Assembly: GCF_963921235.1 (NCBI RefSeq)
Contig: NC_086097.1
Location: 58,902,001-58,966,000 of the forward strand
Length of the DNA: 64,000 nucleotides
Origin: Mobula hypostoma
Taxonomy: Eukaryota
Direction of reading: 5' to 3'
This document shows positions 40,965-52,699 of this stretch, in pieces. The notes beneath the pieces are model-generated. The model did no database searches. It saw nothing but the letters and a program-made list of their open reading frames with translations, and was not told the origin of the DNA. The stretch's first letter is position 1, and every line of letters starts with the position of its first letter. A program made the translations under genes and the position numbers.

Positions 40965-43270
40965 ATATACCATATAACCATATAACAATTACAGCACGGA
41001 AACAGGCCATCTCGGCCCTTCTAGTCCCTGCTGAACTCTTACTCTCACCTAGTCCCACTGACCTGCACTCAGCCCATAACCCTCCATTCCTTTCCTGTCC
41101 CTCTTGCTGTCCAGTTTAACTTTAAATGACAACATCGAACCTGGCTCAAACACTTCTGCTGGAAGCTCGTTCCACACAGCCACCACTCTCTGAGTAAAGA
41201 AGTTCCCTTTCATGTTACCCCTAAAATTTTGCCCTTTAACTCTCAACTCATGTCCTCTTGTTTGAATCTCCCCCACCCTCAATGGAAAAAGCCTATCCAC
41301 GTCAACTCTATCTATCCCCCTCATAATTTTAAATACCTCTATCAAGTCTCCCCTCAACCTTCTACATTCCAACGAATAAAGACCCAACTTGTTCAACCTT
41401 TCTTTGTAACTTAGGTGATGAAACCCAGGTAACATTCTCTGTATTCTCTCTATTTTGTTGACATCTTTCCTATAATTTGGTGACCAAAACTGTACACAAT
41501 ACTCCAAATTTGGCCTCACCAATGCCTCGTACAATTTCAACATTACATCCCAACTCCTATACTCAATGCTCTGATTTCTAAAGGCCAGCATACCAAAAGC
41601 TTTCTTCACCACCCTATCCACATGAGATTCCACCTTCAGGGAACTATGCACCATTATTCCTAGATCCCTCTGTTCTACTGCATTCTTCAATGCCCTACCA
41701 TTTATCATGTATGTCCGATTTTGATTAGTCCTACCAAAGTGTAGCACCTCACATTTATCAGCATTAAACTCCATCTGCCATCATTCAGCCCACTCTTCTA
41801 ACTGGCCTAAATCTCTCTGCAAACTTTGAAAACCTACTTCATTGTCCACAACTCCACCTATCTTAGTATCATTTGCATACTCACTCATCCAATTTACCAC
41901 CCCATCATCCAGATCATTAATGTACATGACAAATAACACTGGACCCAGTTACAGATCCCTGAGGCACACCGCTAGTCACCGGCCTCCAATCCGACATACA
42001 GTTATCCACTACTACTCTCTGGCGTCTCCCATCCAGCCACTGCTGAATCCATTTTACTACTTCAATTATTAATAGCTAACAATTGAGCCTTCCTAACTAA
42101 CCTTCCATGTGGGACCTTGTCAAAGGCCTTACTGAAGTCCATATAGACGACATCCACCGCATTACCCTCATCAACATTCCTAGTAACCTCTTCAAAAAAT
42201 TCAATAAGGTTTGTCAAACATGACCTTCCATGCACAAATCTATGTTGACTGATCCTAATCAGATCCTGTCTATCCAGGTAATTATATACACAATCTTTAA
42301 GAATACTATCCATCAATTTACCCACCACTGACATCAAACTCACAGACCGATAATTGCTAGGTTTACTCTTAGAACCCTTTTTAAACAATGGAACAACATG
42401 AGCAATATGCCAATCCTCCGGCACTATCCCCGTTTCTAATGACATTTGAAATATTTCTGTCAGAACCCTTGCTATTTTCACACCAACTTCCCTCATTGTC
42501 CTAGGGAATATCCTGTCAGGACCTGGAGACTTATCCACTTTTATATTCCTTAAAAGCTCCAGTACTAGTTCTTCTTTAATCATCGTAGTTTCCATAACTT
42601 CCCTACCCGATTCCATTATCTTACACAATTCAATATCCTTTTCCTTAGTGAATACCGAAGAAAAGAAATTGTTAAGAATCTCCCCCCATCTCTTTTGGCT
42701 CCACACATAGCCATCCACTCTGATTCTTTAAGGGACCAATTTTATCCCTCACTATCCTTTTGCTATTTATATAACGGTAGAAACCCTTGGGATTTATTTT
42801 CACCTTCCTTGCCAAAGCAAACTTATATCTTCTGTTAGCTTTTCTAATTTCTTTCTTAAGATTCTTTTCACATTTTTTATATTCCTCGAGCACCTCATTT
42901 ACTCCATGCTGTCTATATTTATTGTAGATCTCTCTTTTTTCCCGAACCAAGTTTCTATTATCCCATGAAAACCATGGGTCTCTCAGACTTTTAACCTGTC
43001 TTTTCAACCTAACAGGAACATAAAGATTCTGTACTCTCACAATTTCACCTTTAAATGATCTCCATTTCTCTATTACATCCTTCCCATAAAACAAATTGTC
43101 CCAATCCACTTTGTTTTATGGGAAGGATGTAATAGAGAAATGGAGATCATTTAAAGGTGAAATTGTGAGAGTACAGAATCTTTATGTTCCTGTTAGGTTG
43201 AAAGGAAAGGTTAAAAGTTTGAGAGAGCCATGGGTTTCAAGGGATATTGGAAACTTGGTTCAGAAAAACA
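40965..43270 (-). mobile_element. CR1 LINE (5'-truncated ORF2) nested in the RTE, with a fold-back inversion at its 5' end
   Basis: ORFs 41049-41774, 42062-42718 and 42672-43109 (YMDFSKAFDKVPH, LEYCVQFWSP); (GTTATATG)n tail; GACC at both junctions (40961-40964 and 43271-43274). Confidence 0.92.
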
Positions 43271-44754
43271 GACCTTCAATGTTTTTCTTAATTTCTGGTT
43301 TTTCAACTCGATCGTCTTCAAACAATTCCTGAATATACTCAGTCCATCTGTTCATAACCTCATCTTTTTCCATGATAATGGTACTGTCCTTTGCTTCAAA
43401 CATCCACCTGAAGAACAGAGAAGCTTTTTACCAGTGATATTCCTGATTTGTTGATGTAACCTTTTTGGATCAGTAATCGGGATTCTTTGTGTTTCCTCAC
43501 ATTCCTGGTTTAACCATACTTCTCTGGCTTCTTGACATAAGCTTTTAACTTTTTTATCTAAAGACTTATATCCTATTTGCTTTCTTCCATCTCCTTTCTT
43601 CCAGTAGATTTTTGATTTCATCTGTCATCCATTTATTCTTTGTACTTTTTTCTTTTTTTAGGAATCACTGACTTTGTTGATTCTACCACGGCATCCTTTA
43701 GAGAATTAACCTTCATTTCTACATGATTGCTATCATCTTCAACAGATTCTATTTCTAGACTTTGAAAACTATTCCTTACTTCAATTGTAAATTTTTGTCT
43801 TAAGTTTTCTTCTTTAATTAATTGCAAGTAGTCAAGGGATTGTTCAGGTTTTTGCTTCTTTAGTTTTTTAAGTTTTACTTTTACATGACATACTACTGGG
43901 TTATGGTCACTACTACAGTCTGCATCTGGATATGTTTTGCATTGAGTCACTGAGTTTCTAAATCTTTGGTTTATAGTAATAAAGTCAGTTTGATTTCTGG
44001 TGTTATCACCTGGACTTTTCCAGGTCCACAAGCGTCTTGGATGGTTTTTAAAGTGGGTATTCATAATGACCTGATTATTCATCTTGCACCATTCTACCCA
44101 TTTCTCACCTCTTTCATTTCTTTCCCCAAGTCCAAATTTTCCTATGGTATTTCCATCAGCACCTTGTCCTACTTTAGCATTTAGATCTCCCATGACAATA
44201 ACAATATCTTGAGATTTGCATCCATTCTTTGCTTGTTCAGGCTTTTCATAGATTTTATCTATATCCTCATTTGTTCCACCTGTTGTTAGTGCATATACCT
44301 GTATAATTGCTAAATCAAATGGTTGTCCTCTGAATCTAACAAGGAGCACTCATTCTGATATTGCCCAATGTCCTAAAACACTTTTTGCCATGTTTTCATC
44401 CATAAGAATTCGTACTCCATTAGTATGGGATGTTCTACAAGAATAAATTAGTGCTTTACTTCTATTCTTACATGTTCTAGCAACTATCCAACGAACTTCG
44501 CTAATTCCCATGATGTTAATCTTTAGTCTTTCTATTTTATTTATCACATTGTCCAATCTTCCTGCTTGATATAGGGTTCTTACATTCCAAATAGCAATAA
44601 TTTTCTTTTGTGTTACTTGAATTTTATCAGTAGTAGCTTGATGACGTTTGGGGATCCCCTGCTGACCAGAATCAACTCTACCGAGCAAAGCATCTTCAGA
44701 ATTGTCTTGAAGATCCTCTTGACTATGTTGTTGTGTGATACATTTTGTGAGTTT

Positions 44755-46186
44755 GAACATAGAACATAGAACATAGAATAGTACAGCACAGTACAGGCCC
44801 TTCGGCCCACAATATTGTGCCGACCCTCAACCCCTGCCTCCCATATAAGCCCCACCTTAAATTCCTCCATATACCTGTCTAGTAGTCTCTTAAAATTCAC
44901 TGGTGTATCTGCCTCCACCACCGACTCAGGCAGTGCATTCCACACACCAACCACTCTCTGAGTAAAAAACCTTCCTCTAATATCCCCCTTGAACTTCACC
45001 CCCACTTACCTTAAAGCTATGTCCTCTTGTATTGAGCAGTGGTGCCCTGGGGAAGAGGCGCTGGCTATCCACTCTATCTATTCCTCTTATTATCTTGTAC
45101 ACCTCTATCATGTCTCCTCTCATCCTCCTTCTCTCCAAAGAGTAAAGCCCTAGCTCCCTTAATATCTGATCATAATGCATACTCTCTAAACCAGGCAGCA
45201 CCCTGGTAAATCTCCTCTGTACCCTTTCCAATGATTCCACATCCTTCCTATAGTGAGGCGACCAGAACTGGACACAGTACTCCAAGTGTGGCCTAACCAG
45301 AATTTTATAGAGCTGCATCATTACATCGCAACTCGTAAACTCTATCCCTCGACTTATGAAAGCTAAGCTTTCTTAACTACCCTATCCACCTGTGAGGCAA
45401 CTTTCAGGGATCTGTGGACATGTACCCCCAGATCCCTCTGCTCCTCCACACTACCAAGTATCCTGCCATTTACTTTGTACTCTGCCTTGGAGCTTGTCCT
45501 TCTAAAGTGTACCACCTCACACTTCTCTGGGTTGAACTCCATCTGCCACTTCTCAGCCCACTTCTGCATCCTATCAATGTCTCTCTGCAATCTTCGACAA
45601 TCCTCTACACTATCTACAACTCCACCAACCTTTGTGTCATCTGCAAACTTGCCAACTCACCCTTCTACCCCCACATCCAGGTCGTTAATAAAAATCACGA
45701 AAAGTAGAGGTCCCAGAACAGATCCGTATGGGACATCAGTAGTCACAGTCCTCCAATCTGAATGTACACCCTCCACCATGACCCTCTGCCTTCTGCAGGC
45801 AAGGCAATTCTGAATCCACCTGGCCAAACTTCCCTGGATCCCATGCCTTCTGACTTTCTAAATAAGCCTACCATGTGGAACCTTGTCAAATGCCTTACTA
45901 AAATCCATAGAGATCACATCCACTGCACTACCCTCATCTATATGCCTGGTCACCTCCTCAAAGAACTCTATCAGGCTTGTTAGACACGATCTGCCCTTCA
46001 CAAAGCCATGCTGACTGTTCCTGATCTCTAAATGCCCAGAGCTCCTATCTCTAAGAATCTTTTCCAACAGCTTTCCTACTACAGACGTGAGGCTCACTGG
46101 TCTATAATTACCCAGACTATCCCTACTACCTTTTTTGAACAAGGGGACAACATTCACTTCCCTCCAATCCTCTGGTACCATTCCCA
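44755..46186 (-). mobile_element. CR1 LINE (RT half) nested in the RTE 5' region
   Basis: NYRPVSLTSVVGK, QHGFVKGRSCLT, DFSKAFDKVPH and LEYCVQFWSPHY; (TTCTATG)n tail at 44755-44778. Confidence 0.92.
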
Positions 46187-46227
46187 ATCAGAGCCTCATC
46201 ACCGGTTGAAGCTTAGAGTCATACCCA

Positions 46228-46374
46228 GGAGGCAGAGAGACTACTAGACAGGCATATGGAGGAATTTAAGGTGGGGGGTTATATCGGTGGCAGGGTTTAA
46301 AGGTTAGCACAACATTGTAGACCGAAGGGCCTGTGCTGTGCTGTACTATTCTATGTTCCATGTCCTGTGTTCTA
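46228..46374 (+). mobile_element. CR1 3' fragment, right part (continuation of 39229-39464)
   Basis: GAGACTACTAGACAGG..GTACTATTCTATGTTC is collinear with the 3' end of the CR1 copy at 44755-44900. Confidence 0.85.
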
Positions 46375-46376
46375 TA

Positions 46377-47600
46377 ATACAGTAGATGACCCCAACAGAC
46401 TTGAAGATGAAGTGTTGCCTTACCTGGATAGACTATTTGGGTCCCTGAATGGAGATGATAGAGGAGATGTAGCGACAAGTGTAACATTTGTCATGTTTGA
46501 AGGATTATGTGCCAGGTGGAAGATCAGTGGGGAGGGACAAAAGGATAAGTGAGTAACAGAGAGAGCAAGCCCTATGGAAAGCAGAGTTATGGGGTTTGTG
46601 AGGATGGGGGAAGGGAATGATGTGTTTAGTGGGAAGATCCCATTGGAGATGGCAGAAGTTATGGAGAATGATGTGCTGGATACAGGGTCTTGTGGGGAAG
46701 AACAAGTGGAACTCTTTCTATGTTATGATGGTGGGAGATGGGGCAAGGGAAAGGGAGAATGTACAGGAAATGGAAGAGATGCAGGTGCGAGTAGTGTTGA
46801 TTGTCTTTGAAAATAAAGAAGAGGACATCTCAGATGTTCTAGAATGGAAAGCCTCATCCTGAGAATAGATACAGCAGAGATGGAGGAAATGAGAGAAGGG
46901 AATAGCCTTTTTAAAGTAGCAGGGTGGGAAGAGGTATAATCAAGGCATATGTGAAAGTCAGTAGGTTTGCAATGAGACATAGAGGTCAAGAAAGGGGAGA
47001 AAAGTGTCAGAGATGGACCAAGTAAATTTGAAGACAAGGTGCAAATTGGAGAAATAATTGATAAAGTAAATGAGTTCAGCATGGGTGCAGAAAGCAACAC
47101 CAAATCAGTCTTCAAAGAAGTGAAGGAAAATTGGAGAGCTTTCTCCAATTTCCAGTAGCTCCTCCTCCCCTTCTCTCTTTTTCTATTTCCAATTCTGGTT
47201 CCCTCTCACCCCTTCTCTTCTCATCTGCCTTTCACTTCCCACTGGTTCCTCTCCTCATTCCCTTTTTTCTATGGTCCACTATCCTCTCCTATCTGACTTC
47301 TTCTTCTTCAGCCCTTTACTTCTTCCACTTATCATCTCGTGGCTTCTTACTTCATCCCCATCTCCAGCCATCCATCCACCTATTACCTCAGCTTGTCTCA
47401 GCTATCACCTGCCAGCTTGTACTCCTTTTCCTCAACGCCCCCCCCCACCAACCCCCTCCTTTCACTTCTTATTCTGGCTTTTGCCCCCTTCTTTTTGAGT
47501 CCTGATGAAGGTTCGCACCCCAAAACATTGACTTTCCACTCCCCCCACCACAAATCCCACCTGCCTTGATGGGTTTGACCAGCATTTTGTGGGATACAAG
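46377..47600. mobile_element. Penelope-like element remnant: RT/GIY-YIG part on minus (46377-47120) and inverted 3' end on plus (47130-47600)
   Basis: KPTDFHICLDYTSSHP (PLE RT C-terminus) and RQHFIFKSVGVIYC (GIY-YIG start) on minus; pyrimidine-rich 3' region and decayed hammerhead at 47498-47533 on plus. Confidence 0.8.
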
Positions 47601-47639
47601 ATTGGCACAATTTTGGGTTGTGCAGCCATTAGTGCTGGG

Positions 47640-48450
47640 AGGGCATATATTTACAAAATACCTTAATGTTGAGCGGGGAGAATACAAGTATATTGCAGCT
47701 ATATTTGTGAATTATACAAAAGTAGAGGGGGCTATAGAGCCAATTTGTGAGTTAGATACAGTTAACAGAGAGATATTGCAGATTAAGTGAACTGACAAAA
47801 ATAATCACAAGATGGAGTATGTGAAGTTGTTCACTTTGGAAAAAACAAATTCTAAAACAAATGATCATTTAAATTCAGAGACTGCAGAAAGCTACAGCAC
47901 AAAAGAGTATGGTCCTTTTACAAAAACATAGAACACAATACGCAGTATGCAAATAGTAATCTGGAAGGCCAATGGATGCTGGCTTATTACATGGTGGCAT
48001 CGAAATAGGGAGATTTTACTTCAGCTGTACAAGAGAACATTTTAATTTGGACAGGTTGAGAATGGTATTCAATAAATAACATAACCCTTAGGAGCACTGT
48101 GATACAGAGGGATCCCCGGATGGAAATCTATAGGTGCCTGTTTCTGTGCCGTTCAATGTACTATGGGTATATTGCACAGGGTAAGTGCTAGAAGGAAATG
48201 TTCCTCCTCATGAGAGAGACACGGACTGGAGAGCATAGTCTCAGAATATGAGAGAGGTGCTGTGCCCATTTTAGACTACATAGGAAAGAGTTATCAATAT
48301 TTTGAATTCCTTGTCTGAGAAATTATGATGGCTTAATTCTTGGATACATTCAAGGCCGAGATAGGTTTTTAATCAGTAAGGAAAACAGGAGTTATGCAGA
48401 TTGGATTGAGAAAATTAAGAAGGAAAGTTCAATCTTACCAGTGACAGAAT
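47640..48450 (+). mobile_element. Very old CR1 3' fragment
   Basis: YIAAIFVNYTKVEG resembles ISKFADDTK.GG; later C.VVHFG-like and FKAEI remnants. Confidence 0.55.
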
Positions 48451-49235
48451 GTTATTTAGTGCCTGAAGGAAGACTATGGTAATCACTATAATTGTCACCT
48501 TGACCACTTCTGCCCTCAAACCTATCTGATAAACTGTCTGATGAACTGGCTTTGCAGAGTATAGATCAAGTACAATAGTTTTAATTGTCCATTAAATTTC
48601 AGCGCCGATGGTATGCTTATTCCACCAGTACACTTTCTTCACATATATGAATCTGCACCTGGCTCTATAAATTATGCACATCAGTCAACCCACAAATTGT
48701 AATAGCTGTTGGTACATTAGAATTCTGCTGAAATTAGCATACATTCTGAACCATTTTGAGCTGCCAATTAGTACCCTTGTAGATGAAAACTGGACCTTTT
48801 GTATCTTGTTTCCGACCAAGTGTTTTTGAAGCATGGTTGTAATCAGCTTGTAATTGAAGGGATTTGCATAATATCTGATTGAATTGCAGACTGTGGGCAA
48901 TAATTATCTGAACTCAAATAATAATAAAACAAATTTGCATTTTAGCTGGTGGTTTTTGACTGCTAAGTATTTCAAACTGACTTCGTTTAGTTTTCCAAGT
49001 GGAAAATTGCATTCACCTGTCTAAAGCTCTTGCATTTTAGGACAATATAGAGTAGGCATCCTACAGGTGACAGCCTCACAGAGGTTGCTATTATACTTGC
49101 AAGCATTTTATTCTTCATGGTTCTTATATCCCCATCTGGAGTTGTGTTACACTTTAATAATTATGCAAGTGAGCTTTGTGTCAAGTTCCAGACTTGCAAA
49201 ACAGCAACACAACATGGAAAACAACATAGAAAACA

Positions 49236-49335
49236 GTCCTGACGAAGGGTCTCGGCCTGAAACGTCGACTGCACCTCTTCCTATAGATGCTGCTTGGCCT
49301 GCTGCGTTCACCAGCAACTTTGATGTATGTTGGTT
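49236..49335 (+). mobile_element. 100-bp Penelope 3'-end insert carrying a minimal hammerhead ribozyme
   Basis: CAGTC-CTGACGA-AGGGTCTCGGCCT-GAAA-CGTC-GACTG; 11-bp TSD CATAGAAAACA at 49225-49235 and 49336-49346. Confidence 0.85.
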
Positions 49336-49552
49336 CATAGAAAACAACCATGTTTTCTTTTTAGCACATAAAAAATGCTATTGTTTTACATATGCAACAG
49401 CAGAGCTTTACCCAGCATTTTCTGTTTTTATATCTAGAAAATGTAGCGTTTTGGTTCTTTTTTGCATTTTCATTTCTATTGAAATCAGCATCAGTTCTGA
49501 ACCATAATGAACTGATTATTTTCATTTGCAGGAGCATGAATTGTGTCTATAG

Positions 49553-50468
49553 CAGACATCCCAGCTCTCCCGGAAGTTCCGGGAGTCTCCTGCATATTGA
49601 TAGCGGCTCCCTGATGCCCACAAATTATATACAATATCCCAAAAATCAATTTTTTGAGAGCGGGCAAGTAAGGCGGTGGGGGGGAGGGGAGGGGAGGGGA
49701 GGGGAGGAGACAGAGAGGGGAGGAGAGAGGAGGGGAAGGAAAGAAAATTCCTGATTGGTGTCTCTTTGTGCAAAGTAGACCTATCAATTTTCTCTGTGGA
49801 TGGGCTTCACAGTCGACCTCTCTCTCTCTTTCATTGTCAATCAGTTCAGTTTAGTGTCCTGTAGCACCATGGCAGAGTGTTCCAAAAAAAGAAAGTATAA
49901 AATGTACTTCACCCCAGACTACATTAAGGTGTACCCCTGCCTAATAGGGGTCAAAAATAATGACAGTGTTGCTCGCTGCTCTGTTTGCAACAGTGACTTT
50001 TCCATTGCCCACGGTGGGTTAAAACTGTAAAAGACATGTTAAGGTGAGTTTAACAGGTGTCATTCGTTCATGAGCATAGCTAACGTTACTTAAACTAGCT
50101 GGCTAGCTGCTAAGGAGCTACTCTATTGATGTTCTATGTGATGAGACCACAGTACAAGGAAAGTTTGCAAAAGAAATAGAAAAGCTATTTGCATTAGCAT
50201 TTAGCTATTAGCATTGAGACTGCCAACAAAATACTCAACAAGGAATATTTGTGTGTGCGTGTGTGTGTGTGTGTGTGTGTGCGCGTGCGCGTGTGTAAAT
50301 AGTTTCAATATGTGATCAAATAAATTGTTGCGTTCTTTCATAATCAAATATCCTGTATACATACACCCTTGAAGGTCGACCGGGGTGGGGATGGGGATAT
50401 GGGGTTGCGGGGGCCGGGGGTGGTGGTGCTACCTCCCTGAAATGAGTTTTTGCAGGGTGGGATGTCTG
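49553..50468 (+). mobile_element. Non-autonomous hAT-type DNA transposon (916 bp) retaining the transposase N-terminus
   Basis: Perfect 11-bp TIRs CAGACATCCCA / TGGGATGTCTG; ATG at 49869 gives MAECSKKRKY..ARCSVCNSDFSIAHGG (BED-finger-like); internal (GT)n at 50250-50296. Confidence 0.85.
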
Positions 50469-50999
50469 ATATAGGCTGCCTTCAGTTAATTAAGGTTTGC
50501 GTAGAATTCAATAAATGTGAAAACTAATATACAGTAAACCCTTAACTATTCCAAGTGTCACAATATAGAGAAATAATCTATAACATATAAAAAGCAACCA
50601 ACTGGAGATGAATGGTAGCAGTTTTGCTATTGATATGGGCTTTGATTTGCTCAACATTTCTTTGTGAATTGTGAGTACAATTAGTGCAATGGTGCAACAT
50701 GACAAAGTGAATAGCATTTTGTCAAGTAGGAAGAATAGACAGTCGATGATACAAATTCCTGTGCAACGATTTTCCCTATGCTATGAAAAAAAATTGCCTA
50801 CAGTGTTCCTTTAAGTGGTATACATGAACAATGTCTAAAAAAAATGCCTTGACCCAGAAACCAGATGAAAGCAACCCAACTGAATAACTTAAATGATGGC
50901 TCGTTGACTGCAAAATTGTTGGGTCTTGTTGTAATAGCAAGGTAGGTTGAATTACCATTTTATGGAAAATGAATTATCATGTTTGATGCTAGGCAATTC

Positions 51000-52350
51000 C
51001 TCTGTGTGGAAGAAATAGGGCCTTTCTTGTGTTCCCTGGAACCTCCAATATGGATATGAGGAGCAGAGGCCTGAAACAAAGGAGGAGGATGAGCAAGACA
51101 AGGGCTCTGAACCTTGCAGAAGGTCAATCCTCCAAGTATATTCAAAATCATCTGAATGAGGTTTTGTCTGAAGGCTGGCATTCTGAAAGGAGGTGATCAC
51201 AAACCTCAGCCTTGTTTGGACAGTTAAAATGTTACAGTCATCATAATATCTGTCTTCTGAAGCAAAGATCTGACTAATCTCCCACTGCATAATGGCAAGT
51301 GTCCCTCTACTCATATGGAAATTGATTCACCCCTCCTTGACAGGCAAGTGCAGAGACGTGCCTTGCTTTCAGTGAACAATTGACTGCAGATGGATAACAC
51401 AAGCCAGTGCCAGAACTACAAAAGTTTTCAGTTTCTAATCATTCAAGTAATCTATGATAACACACAAAATCACACTAGTGATACAATACATGCTGGGAGC
51501 TCACATGATCCCTTCCGCTCAAGTTGTCACCTAAGCTTAATGCCACGTAAGATCAGTAGGTTGTTCTCTATTGACAAGGGATGCTTTCGAATGACTGGCT
51601 CCTCATTCTCTCCAGGGCTTCAACAGCCAGATCAGAATGATTTTGCAATATGACTCACTCACTCACTATTTGGCCATTTTATTAGGCACATCTGCCCATA
51701 ATGCAAATGTCTAATCAGCCAATCATGTGACAGCAACTCAGTGTATGAAAGCATGTAGAAATGGTCAAGAGATTGAATTGTTGTTCAGACTAAACATCAG
51801 AATGAGGAAGAAATGTGATCAATTGCAAGTGACTTTGACCATGGAATGATTGTCAGTGCCAGACTGGGCAGTTTGAGTATTATGGAAACTACTCATCTCC
51901 TGGGAGCTCAGACGATGGTGCAAAAAACTAAAAATCATTCGTAGAGTAGCAGTTCTGTTGGGAAAAATGCCCTGTTAATGAGAGAGCTTAGAGAAGGATG
52001 GTCAGACCAGCTCAAGCTGACAGGAAGGCAACGTAACTCCTATAACCATGCAGTATAAGTGGTGTACAGAAGAGTATCTCTGAATGCGGAACTCGTCAAT
52101 CCTTGAAGTAGGAGGCTGCAGCAGCAGAAGACCATGAACTTTTAGATGGTGGCCACTTTATTAGGTACAGGAAGTCCCAATAAAGTGCTCACTGAGTGCA
52201 CATACTCCTTCATACTAGCAATACCGGTACCTCTAGCGTTCACCATTTTGTTTATGATTTTAAGCTCCAGACCGATCTGGGGCACATTCCAGGGGAACTC
52301 AGAGAGGGTCTCTCACTTCTGCTGCTTTCTCTGTCTTGCATAATCAAGGC
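51000..52350 (+). mobile_element. PIF/Harbinger transposase fossil interrupted by a Tc1-like element
   Basis: NYKSFQFLIIQVIYD, AGSSHDPF and IDKGC match Harbinger NRKGFHSLNVQ.VCD, PGSxHD and GDKGY; after the Tc1 insert DRSG..FQGNSERVSHFCC..HN follows. Confidence 0.6.
51660..52198 (+). mobile_element. Tc1/mariner non-autonomous deletion derivative
   Basis: Left end CACTCAC..TGGCCATTTTATTAGG and right end CCAATAAAGTGCTCACTGAGTG are inverted; internal remnant DFDHGMIVSARLGSLSIMET is Tc1 HTH-like. Confidence 0.75.
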
Positions 52351-52699
52351 AGGAGGAAATGATCAAGGCAAGATCTCACTGGATGTGTTTAAAGGATCTA
52401 AGTAATTACGCCTGACTACATCCATGGAGATTGAACATCTTCTACACAAGTTGGAGACTGGATACTGAAACTCTGAAAATAAAATTCTTAAGAGCACACT
52501 TCGACCAGCTACACAAGTGCTATATCATTTGTGGAGGATTACAGCTCCAAAAAACTACTCAAGGAAGTAAACACCATTTAAGATAAAGCATCCTATTAAC
52601 TAAATACCTAAACTTCAGCATACTTATTATGAACACTTGCCCCTGGGACACTAGTCACCATCTTATGTTCCATCTTATCAGTGTCCATATTTGTATTAA

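Larger units (their letters stand above)
39465..46227 (-). mobile_element. RTE-clade LINE, near full length, in three pieces (39465-40964, 43271-44754, 46187-46227)
   Basis: IWNVRTLYQAG, IQVYA, MGDLNAKVG and SDHNPV (endonuclease); GIRQGCVFSPDLFN, RYADD and YGSECWT (RT); (ATG)n tail seen as (CAT)n at 39466-39490. Confidence 0.92.
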
